Source: the human T2T-CHM13v2.0 reference genome, Homo sapiens
Assembly (NCBI RefSeq): GCF_009914755.1
Contig: NC_060947.1
Length of the DNA stretch: 64,000 bases
Direction: 5' to 3' (one strand)
Below are positions 25,624-38,879 of the stretch, piece by piece. The stretch's first letter is position 1. The number at the start of each line of letters is the position of its first letter. Under the pieces are notes generated by a model, which did no database searches, had not been told where the DNA came from, and saw nothing but the letters and a program-made list of their open reading frames with translations. Position numbers and translations under genes: made by a program.

Positions 25624-28610
25624 AGAGAAAAGCATCTAGTCACCTATAAAGGAAATAAAGGAATCTCCCTCAAAATAACAGAAGATTTCTCAGCAGAAAC
25701 CATATAAGCCAGAAGAGAATAGTGTGATATATTCAAAGTACTGAAACAAAACAAAAAAAAAAAAAAAAAAAAAAAACAGCAATCAGAGATCCTATACCCA
25801 GCAATACTATCTTTCATAAATGAAGGAAAAAGAAAGTGTTTTCCAGACAAGCAAAAGCTGAGGGAATTCATCACAGCTAGACTGATTCTACAAAAAGTGT
25901 TTAAGAGAATCTTAAAGCAAGAAATGAAAGAACAATCATGAAAATATAAAAACACTGGTACAGCAACCACTAAAAGAAGGAAGAGAAACAACTGAAATGT
26001 TACTATGACAGAATACTACCGAACCACAATGATAAACAAAAGAGAGAAAGAAAGGAAAGACGGAAATACAAAACAACCAGAAATTAATCAGTAAAATGAA
26101 AGGAATAAGCCCTCAAATAGCAATAATAACCTTGAATGTAAACAGATAAAACTTTTCTCTTAAAAGATATAGATTGGCTAAATGGATAAAAAATATGACC
26201 CAACTATATGTTGCCTACAAAAACTCATCTTACCTGTAAAGACACATACAGTCTAAAGCAATGGAAAAAGATATTCCATGCAAATAGAAACCAAAAGCAA
26301 GCAGTAGTAACTAAAGTAACATTGAATGATAAAAATGAATAATAAGTCAAAAATAGTAACAAGAGACAAAAAGGTTATTATATAATGATAAATTAATTCA
26401 TCAAGATGATAAAACAATGCTAAACATATATGCACCCTACACTGGAACACCCAGAAATATGAAGCAAATATTATTAGATCTAAAGAAGTGATAGACTTCA
26501 ATACAATAATACTTGGGGACTTCAACACCCCACTCTCAGCATTAGGCAGATTATCCAGACAGAAAAATAGACAAAGAAAAGTTAGATTTAAACTGCACAT
26601 TACATAAAACTAACTTAACAAACATTTATAGAACAGTTTATTCAACAGCTACAAAATAAGCATTTTTCTCATTAGAACATGGAAAGTTCTTCAGGATAGA
26701 TCATATGTTAGGACACAAAACAAATCTCAACCAATTTTAAAAAAATGGAATCATAATGAGTATCTTCTCAGACAATAATGGAATAAAACCAAATATTAAT
26801 AACAAGAGGAACTTTGAAAATTGTACACATACATGGAAAGTAAACAACATGCTCCTGAACAATCATCGGGTAAAGCAAGAAATTAAGGAGGAAATAAAAA
26901 AAAATTTTTGGAAAAAAATGAAAATAAAAACAAAACATCCCCAAATATATAGGATGTAGCAAAAGCAATGGTAAAAAGGAATTTTATAACAATAAATGCC
27001 TACATCAAAAAAGTAGAATTATTTCACATAAACAATCTATCAATACAACCCAAGGAACTAGAAAAGCAAGAGAAAACAAAACCCCAATTTAGAAGGAAAA
27101 AAATAATAAAAATCAGAGCAGAGCTAGACAAAAATAGAGATTAAGAGAATAATGCATAGGTTTCATTAAATAAAAAGTTTTTTTCAAAAAAAAATAAACA
27201 ACATTGAAAAACCATTTCCTAGGCTAACCAAGATTTAAAAAAGAGAAGACCAAAAAAATAAAATCTGAAATGGAAAAGAAGACATAACAACTAATACCAT
27301 GGAAATACAAAAAAATCATCAGAGTCTATAATCAGCAAGTATACACTAAGAAACTAGAACACCTGGAGAAAATAGATAAATTCTGAGGTACACACAACCT
27401 ACCAAGATTGAATCAGAAAAGGATATGAAAACTGAACAGACCACTAATGAGTAATGAGATTGAATCAGTAATAAAAGGCTTCCCAACAAAGATAAGTTCA
27501 GAACCTGGTGTCTTCACTGCCAAACTCTGCCAGACATCCAAAGAAGAACTTACACCAATTCTCAAACTATTCCAGAAAACTGAAGAGGAGGAAATTCTCT
27601 CTAACTAATTTTACAAAGCCAGCAATACTCTGAATTGACAAAACAGGCAAGAACACAAAAAAGAAAACTACAAGCCAATATTCCTGATAAACATAGATGT
27701 AAAAATTCTCAACAAAAAACTAGCAAATTAACCCCAACAGCACATCAAAAAATAACATACCATAATCAAGTGAGATTTAACCCAAGGATGGAAGGAGGGT
27801 TCAACATACACAAATCAATAAACAATATATGTCACACCAAAAGAATGAAGGACATAAACTATAGGATCATCTCAATAGAAACAGAAAAAGCATTTGATAA
27901 AATTCAACATCTCTTCATAATAAAAACTCTCAACCCACTAGGCATAGAAAGAATATGCCTCAACATATTAATGACCATATGTGACAAACCTACAGCTACC
28001 ATCATACTAAATAAGGAAAAGCTGAAAACCTTTTCCCTAAGAACTGAAACAAGACAAGAATGCCCATTTTCACCACTCTTATTCAGCATAGTACTGGAGG
28101 TCCTAGCCAGAGGAATTGGCAAGAGAAAAAAAAAAAAAGACATCCAAATTGGAAAAGAAGTCAAATTGTTACTCTTTGTTGATTATATGATCTTATATCT
28201 AGAAAAACCTAGAGACTGCACCAAAAAACACTTGGATCTGTTAAATAAATTAAGTTGCAGGATACAAATCAACATATGAAAATCAGCAGCACTTCTATAT
28301 AGCAGCAATGAAATAGCTGAGAAAGAAATCCATTTATAATAGCTACAAAAAAGTAAAATACTTAAGAATAAATTTAACCAAGGAGGTGAAAGGTCTCTAC
28401 AAGGAAAATGACAAAACACTGATAAAAGAAATTGAAGAGGACACAAACAAATGGAAAGACATCCCAAATTCATGAATCAGAAGAATTAATATGATTAAAA
28501 TGACCAAAATGCCCAAGGCAATCTAAAGATTCAATGTAATTCCTATCCAAAATACTAATGTCATTTTTCACAGAAATAGAAAAAACACTCCAAAAATTTG
28601 TACAGAAACC

Positions 28611-28645
<35 letters not shown>

Positions 28646-29747
28646 ATATCCAAAGCAATCCTGAACAAAAATATCAAAGCTGGAGGCATTATACCATCTG
28701 ACTTCAAAATATATTACAAGGCTGTACTAACCAAAACAGCATGGTATTTGTAGAAAAACAGATGCATAGACCAATGGAATAGAATAGAGAACCCAGAAAT
28801 AAATCCATTTATTTACAGCCAATTAATTTTCAACAAAGGCATAGAGAGCATACATTGGAGAAAGAATACTCTCTTCAATAAATGGTTCTGAGAAAATTGA
28901 GTGCCCATATGCAGAAAAATGAAACTGGACCCCTATCAAAAATACACTCAAGACAGACTAAAGACTTGAATGTAAGAACTGAAATTGTAAAACTACTAAA
29001 AGAAAACAGGGAAAACACTTCAGAACATTGGTCTAGGCAAAAATTTTATGTCTAAAACTCCAAAAGCACAAACAGCCAAGACAAAAATGGACAAATGGGA
29101 CTATATTAAACTAAAAAGCTTCTACACACCAGAGGAAACAATCAATAGAGTGCAGATACAACCTGTAGAATGGGAAAAATAACTTCAAATTATTCATCTG
29201 ACAAAGGACTAATATCCAGAATATACAAGGAACTCAAACTACTCAATGGTAGAAAACAACAACAACAACAACAACAAAACTCAAATAATCCTATTAAAAA
29301 GTGGGCAAAGGACATGAACGGACATTTCTCAGAAGGTATACAAATGGCCAGAAGGTATGTGAAAAAAATGTTCAGCAGTACTAACCAAGGAAATGGAAAT
29401 CAAAACCACACGAAATAACATTTTATTTGAGTTAGAATGGCTATTATTAAAAAACAACAACAGTTGCTGGTGAAGATGTGGTGTAAAAGAAATTCTTGTG
29501 CACTGTTAGTAGGATTTTAAATTAGTACAGCCACTATGAAAAACAGTAGGAAATTTCTCAAAGAAAGTACAAATAGAACTACCATATGGTCCAGTAATCC
29601 CCCTACTAGGTACCTATCCAAAGACAAGAAACCAATATATCAAAGGGATACCTGTACTTGCGTGTTTATTGCAGCAGCAACCACAATAGCAAAGATATAG
29701 AATCAACCTATATAAATGTCCAACAATGGTTAAATGAATAAAGAAAA

Positions 29748-30040
29748 TGTATGTGTGTGTGTGTATATATATATGTATATATGTATATATATGTGTGTAT
29801 ATATGTATGTGTGTATGTGTGTGTATATATGTATATGTGTATGTGTGTATATATGTGTGTGTATATATACGTATATATACACACACACATACATATATAC
29901 ACACACATACACACATACATATATACACACACATACACACATACATATATACACACACACATACATGTATATATGCACACACACATACATATATCTATAT
30001 ACAAATGTGTATGTATACATACATATGTGTGTATATATAC
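29748..30040. repeat. Compound (TG/TA)n-(CA/TA)n microsatellite inside the L1
   Basis: ~290 bp of almost pure alternating purine-pyrimidine sequence. Confidence 0.97.
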
Positions 30041-30524
30041 AGCTATAAAAAGAATAAAATCATGTTATTTGCAGCAATATGGATGGAACTGGATGTCATT
30101 ATGTCTAATGAAATAAGCCAAACACAGAAAGACAATTTTCTCATGTTCTTACTTATATGTGGGATCTTAAAAAGTTGATTTTTGTGGGTGTAGAAAAGTA
30201 GATACCAGAGGCTGGGAACAGTGCATGGGTGGAATGAGGGAATGAAGAGTGGTCAGCCAATGGGTACAAACATGTAGTTAAATAGAAGATATAATTTCAA
30301 ATGTTAGGTAGCAGAGTAGAGTAATTATACTTAGCAACAGTGCATTGTATGTTTCTAAATAGCTAAAAGAGAGGGCTTGAAATGTTCCCAATACATAGAA
30401 ATGATAAATACTCAATGTGATCAACACCCCAAATACCCTGACTTGATCATTACACAGTCTGTACATGTAACAAAATATCTCATGTACCTGATAAATATAT
30501 GTAAATATTATGCATCAGTAAAAG

Positions 30525-33300
30525 AAGTCCACAGCTATATAGAATGTACATTCTTCTAAAGCTCATGTGGAAAACTTTAAAGCTTTTACAACACCTTGGG
30601 CCAAAAGCAAGCCTAACACCTTTTAAAGTATAATAATCAGCTCTCTGCAGTAAATAAAAATTAATACAAAAAATACAGCTAACACAGCCCCATTTGTTTG
30701 TCTTTTTTGTTTTTTCATTGCTTAACTTTAATTGAAAATATAGACCTTAAAATATGGCACACTTTGTACTCTTTTGAAATTTCACTGTCAAACATGTTTT
30801 GCTTTAAGTATTGTTTTCCTGATTTTGTATAGTTGTCTGGTTGTGTTCTCTTGTAGCTCATTGAGCTTCTTTAATATAATTATTGAGAATTCTTTGTTAG
30901 GTAGTTCATCAATCTCCATTTTTTCACGGTGTGTTACTGATGATTTATTTACTTTCTTTGATGGTGTACGTTTTCCTGCTTATTCGTGATCCCTGTGGCC
31001 TTGATGTTAATTTCTCAATTTTAATTAATTTATTATGATTATGTAAGATATTAACATTAGGAGAAGTGGGTGAAGTGTATACAAAACATTTCTGAACTAT
31101 GTTTGCAACTCTTTTATAATTCTAAAACTATTTCAAAATAAAATATTTTTAAAACATTGATAATACCAAGGGTTGGCAAGGATACAGAACAACTGGATCA
31201 CTCATATATTGCTGGTGGGAATCAGTTTGACCCTCTGGAAATAAGTTTGACAGTTTCTCATAGAACTAATCATACACTAAGCATGCACTAATCAGGCAAA
31301 TCATCACTTGCACTCATGGGCATTTACCCTAGGGAAATGAAAACTTATACATGCACAAACAAATGTATAGGAATGTTTATATAAACCTCATTAATAAGAA
31401 CCAAAACTAAAAATAAAATTTAGATGTCCTTCAACAAGCAAATCATTAAATAAAAGTCCTGTCATATATCCATACCACACACTGCTAGTCAGCAATAAAA
31501 AAGAATGAATTGTTGATGCACAATTTACATGGACTTAGAGGGATTTATGCTGTGTAAAACACCAATATCCAAAGGTTACATGTCATATGTGCATTTTAAT
31601 GATATGTTGATGGCATTCTGAAAAGACAAGACTAAAGCTATAGTGATAGATAACTAATCAATAGTTGTCAGGGTTTAGTGGTAGGGTGATGGGACAATTC
31701 TGTATTTTTATTGTCCTGGTGGTTATATGAATTTATACATGGGATAGAATTCATGGAACTACACACCAAAAAGTAAAATTTACTATATGATAATTCTTAA
31801 AATAAATAAATAAAATACCTACATCAAAAATTAGTGCACTTCATACTTTTACTGTATTTATATTATAAACTTATGGAAAGGTGAAATAATTTCATTCATG
31901 GTGTTGTGTGGATTAATAGCTTATTCCTTTTAATCACCGAGTAGTATTTCATTGAATGAATAAACCATAGTTTATTTATTTATTTAGCTATTGAATGATA
32001 TCTTTATTGCTTCAAGTTTGGGGTAATTATAAATAAAGCTGCCCATAAACATCTTTATACAGGTTTTTGTGTAAACATAGTTTTTTTCAATTCACTTGAA
32101 AATACCTTAGAGTGGCATTATTGGATTATATGGCAAGCATATGTTTAAATTTTTAAGAAACCACCAAACCGTGGTACAAAATGACTATATCATTTTGCAT
32201 TCCCACCAGCAACGAATGAGAAGTATTGTTGCTCTGAATCATTGCCAGCAATTGGTGTTGTCTTTTTAAATTTACTTTAGCCCTTCTAAATAAGCATGTA
32301 GTGATTCTTACCAAGGTTTGATTTGCATCTCTCTAATGGCTAGTGATGTTGAACATCTTTTCATGCACATATTTGTTTATATCTTCTTTGGTGAAGTTTT
32401 AGTTTGAGTTTGTTGCTCTTTTTAATATTGGGCTATTGTTTTCTTACTATGGAGTTTTGAGAGATTTTATATATTCTAGATACAAGCCATTTGTCAGATA
32501 TGTGGTTTACAAATATTTTCTCTTAATCTGTGATTTGTCTTTTTATTTATTTGACAATGTCTTTAACAGAACAACATTTTAAAAACTTTTTTAAGGACTC
32601 ATTTATCTTCTTTTGCAGAATTATGCTTTGGATGCCACATCTGAGAACCTATATCCTAACCCCATGTCATGATGATTTTCTCCTATCTTATCTACTTAAT
32701 ATCTTACAATTGTATGTCTTACATTTAAATCTATCATCCATTTTGAGTTAATTTTATATAAGGTGTGAAGTTTAGATAAAGAGTCATTTTGTTGTTGTTG
32801 TTGTTGTTTAGGGATATCCAATTGTTCCAGCGTCATTAGTTGAAGACTATTCTTTCTCCATTGAATTCTTTTTGTACCTTGTTAAAAGTCAATTGGTAAT
32901 AGTTGTTTGGGTCTATTTCTGGGTTTCTTATTCTGTTCCATTCATCTGTGTGTTTAGCCCTCAGCCAACAGTAAACTGTCTCAAATACTGTAGCATTATA
33001 ATAAGTCTTAAAATCAGGCAAAATAATTTTTCCAAGTTTAGTCTTCTTTAAGTTTTTTTTTCTATTCTAATTCCTTTACCTTTCAATATATATTTTAGAA
33101 CCAAACTGTCTATATCTGCAAAATGATCCTGCTAGGATTTTGATAGGGATTGTGTTAAACCTGTATATCAATTTGGGGAGCATTGACATATTTGCTATGT
33201 AGAATCTTTTTATCCATGAACATAGTATGTCCCTCCATTTATTTAGGTCCTTGATTTCTTTCATCATCATTTTGTGGCTTTCAGATTACAGATCCTGTGC
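30525..33300. mobile_element. Patchwork of ancient L1M fragments in both orientations
   Basis: Endonuclease relic (+) ~30530-30630; ORF1 relic (-) ~30780-31005; 3' ends (+) ~31005-31150 and ~31155-31815; ORF2 3' part (-) ~31870-33300 (KWRDILCSWIKR; MPDFKTYYNATV). Confidence 0.8.
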
Positions 33301-33310
33301 ATTTTTCAAT

Positions 33311-33437
33311 TGTTTTTCTGTAGAAGTGGGGTCTCACTATGTTGCACAGTCTGGTCTCAAACTCTGGCCTCCAGCAATCCTCCCACCTTGAACAGACAAA
33401 GTGCTGAGATTACAGGCAGGAGCCATGATTCCAGGCC
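33311..33437 (-). mobile_element. FLAM / free left Alu monomer
   Basis: GGGGTCTCACTATGTTGC...AAAGTGCTGAGATTACAGGC...GGCC, single monomer. Confidence 0.85.
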
Positions 33438-33479
33438 TTTGTGTATTCTTTAAATCAAATGTATACCTAAGTATGAAAA

Positions 33480-34010
33480 AGAGCAGGATAATGGAGGCAG
33501 GGATTGTAATTTCAAGTAGGGTAGTCAAGGTGATAGTTGAGAAAAGACCTAAAAGACATGAGGGGATTAGTCATGCTAATATCTTGGAGAAGATAATTTC
33601 CAGTACTGCCAAAGCTCTACCAGTGAAAAGCGTTTAATGCAGGAGCATTCTAGGCATAGGAAGAGGAAGGAGGCTAGTTGACTGGTGTAGGGCAAATGAA
33701 GGGGAGAGTAATAGGAGAGGAGTAAGAAAGACAGAATAGATGGACAAGGCTGTATAGGACCTTGTAGATCAGGCCTTACACAAGACTTTGGCTTTTATCC
33801 TGAGTGAAATGGTGAGCTACTAGAGGAAAGTGTACAGAGAAGGGCCATCATCTTGTTTTGATTTTAAGAGAACCCCTCTGGCAGCTATGTTAAGAACAGA
33901 CTATGAGTGATCAAAGATAGAAGAAGCTAGTCCAGCTTAGTTGACTATGGAGTAAACCAGAAGTGGTTGTATTCTTAAGAATTTGTTCATTCAACAAATA
34001 AGCATTGAGC
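33480..34010 (-). mobile_element. L2 LINE fragments
   Basis: Purine-rich antisense L2 motifs (AAGACTTTGGCTTTTATCCTGAGTGAAATGG; TTCATTCAACAAATA). Confidence 0.75.
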
Positions 34011-35019
34011 AATGGTGGAGGTTGTGGGAAGTTATCAATGATGCCACCAAAATCTCAGGCAGTTATCTGGAAAGTGACAACTGTGAAACCAAATTTGGAA
34101 AAGAAAAGTACATTACAACAGCATGTATAAACCATCTAATTATGCGTGTTAAAATCTAATTAGTATTCAGTTTATAACACCTAAGGTGCAAACAGCAGTG
34201 TGTGGGAAGGCTAGGATGCTGTTGGACCTATCCTCTTTGCATGGATGAACACTCTTATTGTCTACAATAAGTCTCCACATAAACATGTATGGCATATCTA
34301 CCAGCTTTGAAAAAGTTATAAGAACTCAGTATTAGGCATTGGGGAATTTGATACAGCTGAAATAGTACTGCATGGTAGGTTTATTCCTTAAGGAACCCAA
34401 AACTTGAATTAAACTGTCAGTCTTGTTGACTGGGAAAGAGAAGCAGATTTTTACTTAGTGTTGTTTCTTCTGCTTAGCCAATAATATGTGATCCCAAATC
34501 ACACTTCTAGCTTTTGATGTGTACATTCATAAGTGTTTGTCATGGGGCCTGATATAATTAAATGGATTTTCAAGTGTTTTTCGAGGTACATTGCCCTCCA
34601 TCCTCAGAGTACTATGGCCATTATGCTGTAGATCTTCATTAGGCAAAAGCTTATAAATGTTCAGTGGCTTCATAAGGATGGATTAAAAATTAACTCAGGG
34701 TTTTTAATGTTGAAACTTATGAGCTGTTATTTTATTAGGGCATATTTTATTCCTCCTACTGCGCATATCTACAAATAGCATATACCCTCAGTATAATCCC
34801 AGTACTAGTAATAGACTGTTCACTTGTTTTAAAAAGTAATTTAGACTGGAATGAGTAACTATGCCCTAATTTATATAAAGCAGGTTGAAGTTACTTCTTT
34901 GATTAGTTTATCATTTTTTGGCATGGGATTATCCATAATGGGAGTTACAACCTAATGGAAGCCTCCTGAAATAAATAGTAAATATAGATCTTCTAGCTTG
35001 TTATAAAGTCATTGGGTAA

Positions 35020-35410
35020 TATAATCTTAGAGGTAGAAGGATCCCTATCTTCTAAAGGAGGAAATTCTCTCCCCCGTCTCCCTAAGAATTGGTTATCGAG
35101 CCTCTGCTCAGACAGTTTCATCAATGGGGAGTTCCTTCATTTTGGAACAATCCAGTTTTATCAAATCTGTCTCTCCAGCCCTTCTACCTACTGGTCCCAC
35201 TGGAATAAATCAGAACTGGTCTACTCCTTCTTCCACTTGAGAACCCTTCAAATACTTGTATCCCACTGTCCCTGTCCCTGTCCCCTATACCTTTCCCTGG
35301 TCTGGTTTTCTTCCTCTGGATGTCCATATTCTTCCTCACTATTGACATCCTTGGTTCTGAATACCAAACACTTTGGCACCCCAGCTGGGCCTTTCCTGGA
35401 GTCTCTTGAG
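35020..35410 (-). mobile_element. Probable L3/CR1 relic
   Basis: AGCCTCTGCTCAGAC..GGGGAGTTC and TCTACTCCTTCTTCCACTTGAGAACCCTTCAAATACTTG resemble antisense L3. Confidence 0.5.
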
Positions 35411-35840
35411 ATTTCTGTCTCAGCTTGTCATTTACTTTAATAAGAAAAAGAATTCACAATGTTTCTGGGTCTGAAAAGGAGTGCTAGAAGGGGAGAGAGC
35501 CCAACCATCTGGATGCCAGACTCTCTCAGAGTCATACAGGACACTCTTCAAGTGTGGTAAGGAGGCCAAAGAATGCAAACATCATAAAATTTGGGGGTCG
35601 TGCTACACAGTCCTGTTCCCTAAGTATAATCAGCCAAAAGTATTTGTTGGGTTCTACTGAAACCTTGCTATTCATTCTGTCTCCCAATAATTTAACTGAT
35701 TAGTTGCTAGCAGGTACATTGGATAGTAGTGAATTAAACCACTAAATGCCCCCGTTTGATTAGTAAGGTGATATAACTGGCTCACAAATAGAATAAGGTT
35801 ACTTTGGATTTCTCAGGGACCTAACTAGGTCAATTAATCA

Positions 35841-36470
<630 letters not shown>

Positions 36471-37260
36471 TTATTGGTCTAAAGCTCTGTAGTTGTAACA
36501 TCAGGCTTAGTGCTCGTCATGCAAGTTTAGAGAATGAAGATATGCTCCATGTGGTGAGGTTAGAAGTTGAAGAGTTCTGGTAGGTAAGTAGGCCATTTCA
36601 GCAGAGATGCTATTCATCTATTATTATTTATCCCTCCGTATTTATGCTCAATATCATTATCCAGGAGTGGCCAAGGCCTCCTTTCCAATCCCTCCCCCTA
36701 ATTCCTGAACCTCATCCTTCACAGCAAAAGAGTTATCTCTGGATTCCAAGCTGTCAAATATCTGATAGGATAAACAAATTCATCTCAATATGTGAATAAA
36801 ACGAGACTAGAGCACCTATGCCCCAGACTATTCCTTTATCTCTCTAGTATTATAACACGTTCTCATTTAATGGAAGACTTCTGTATGCATTCTTCTGCAT
36901 TAGCTGTCAAACCTTGAAGAATCACTGAAATAATGGAGGTTTCAGAGAAACTCCTAGATAAGCAGGTGGAAGACACATGTTGGATAAGGTATAACCTTGG
37001 CGAACTTCATTGATTGCAGCTCTCTGCAGAGTTAATTCTATAGATGCATTATGAAGGCCGCCAGTTAAGAATTCAAATATTACATTTGCTTTGCATAAGA
37101 ACGTACACTTCATAGGCAGAGTGGGGGCAATGTTTTCATCTGCAGTAAAACCCCTGATTAAGCCACGTAATTAGGTTAATCAGGTGCTTTGATTTCCTAA
37201 CACAAAAAGTTTTGCTGAATAGTAATACTAGATTCTTGACAGCAATGTCAAAGATAAGCT

Positions 37261-37287
37261 GGTGTATGTGTGTGTGTGTGTGTGTGT
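37261..37287. repeat. (TG)n microsatellite
   Basis: Directly visible. Confidence 0.95.
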
Positions 37288-37965
37288 TTAAATGCATTTC
37301 AGATAAGATAATCAGATTACTGTCACAAAATTCTACAGTCTCTTGGCTGTAAAGTGACATACTAAATATTGCTTTCTAATTTTCCGTTGTAATGCATGAA
37401 AGAGATAAGCACATACTTTTATCAATAGCAATGAAAAATGCAAATCTATTGGAATAATAAGAAGATCTACTTAATGTTAATTAAGAGATAACTTTTTAAA
37501 GGAAATAATTTGCTGTTTGGAACTCTTTGATATCAAGGATCTGCTTCAGAAGGTTAAAGGTTAATTTTTGCAATTGATCCCATGTAGAGAACTGTCTTCC
37601 AGGAATTGTTCTCATATTGTTCCAAAGTGAGCACAGAGGGAAATGTAGAAGCCAGGAATCAAAAGAAACCAAGCAATGTGAAAATGATAAATCAGTGGGG
37701 CAGATGGAATTAATTTAGCAAATAGCAAATATGTTAGCTTGAGTGTCCATTTTGCACAGTGGATATCTATAGATAGCTTATTATGAATAAACAATACACC
37801 ATAATGAAAGTTTCACCATAGTGTTTTTGAAAAATGGTGTAGTTACTCATTTGGAAGTATCCATCCAGAATGGATTATTATTAGTACTCAATTCTGAGAC
37901 AGAAGAACTGAAAAGTTTGTTCCTTGGAGGAGTAACTTTATTCCAAGGTAACCCAAAGTAATACT

Positions 37966-38712
37966 GTCTTTATTAGTTTCCTGGGACTATCATAACAAAT
38001 GACCACAAATTTGGTGGCTTACAACAACAGGAATGTATTGTCACATTGTTCCAGAGGCTAGAAGTCTGGACTGAAAATGTTGGCAGGACCATGCTCTCTC
38101 TAAAAGCTCTGGTGGTCTATCCTTCATTATTTCTTACAGCTTCTGGTGGTTGCCAGCAATCCTTGGCATTCCTTGGCTTGTAGAAGCATCATTCCAATCA
38201 CTAATCCAACTGTATTAGTCCATTTACATACTGCTGATAAAGACATACCCAAGGCTGTGCAATTTACAAAAGAAAGAGGTTTATTGGACTTACAGTTCCA
38301 CATGGCTGGGGAGGCCTCACAATCATGGTGGAGGGCAAGGAGGAGCAAGTCACATCTTACATGGATGGCAGCAGGCAAAGAGAGGAGCTTCTGCAGGGAA
38401 ACTCCCATTTTTAAAACCATCAGATTTCTTGAGGCCCATTCACTGTCATGAGAACAGCACAGGTAAGACCCACCCCCATGATTCAGTCATCTCCAACCAG
38501 GTCCCTCCCACAACACGTGGGAATTATGGGAGCTACAAGATAAGATTTGGGTGGAGACACAGAGCCAAACCATATCACCAGCCTAATCCAGTATGACATC
38601 ATCTTAACTTGATTACACCTGCAATGATCCTGCTTGCAAATAAGGTTACATTCACATGTATCTTTATTAAGACTTTAACATACCTTTATGGAGGACACAA
38701 TTCAATTCATAA
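37966..38712 (-). mobile_element. MaLR LTR (MLT1C-like), interrupted by THE1A
   Basis: ATTAGTTTCC..CCACAAATTTGGTGGCTT..CTTCTGGTGGTTGCCAGCAATCCTTGGC, resuming as CTAATCCAGTATGACATCATCTTAAC..GACACAATTCAA. Confidence 0.85.
38211..38577 (-). mobile_element. THE1 solo LTR (THE1A-like)
   Basis: TGTATTAGTCC...CCAAACCATATCA. 5-bp TSD CCAAC / CCAGC. Confidence 0.93.
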
Positions 38713-38879
38713 GAGTGTCCTATAAAAAGCAATAAATTTTTAAAAATCTCTTGATTAAAGGAAGAGATTCCAACCAACTACACTTCAACGATGCTACATC
38801 TTTAGTACCGAGTTTAGAAACTTGAATGAGAAACTAACAATGGACAAAATAAAAAACTCAAATACTCTTTTTAATTCTG

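Larger units (their letters stand above)
23068..30522 (+). mobile_element. Near-full-length old L1 (L1MA4-6-like 3' end) with 5'UTR, decayed ORF1 and ORF2
   Basis: GC-rich 5'UTR ~23068-24600, ORF1 relic ~24700-25950, endonuclease (GDFNTPLS near 26515), RT fragment in ORF 27635-28279 (RQECPFSPLLFSIVLEVLAR; LFVDYMILYL), and L1MA-type 3'UTR. Confidence 0.92.

Noticed and set aside
27635-28279. Longest ORF (214 aa)
   Set aside because: A frameshifted fragment of L1 ORF2 RT with a decayed FADD motif, not a gene.
29614-30178. Six overlapping ORFs of 96-143 aa
   Set aside because: Stop-free translations of a dinucleotide microsatellite (C/V/Y/I/H/T repeats).
36570-36590. TAG|GTAAGT as another recursive splice site
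   Set aside because: The upstream sequence is purine-rich with no pyrimidine tract, so it is at most an isolated donor-like motif.
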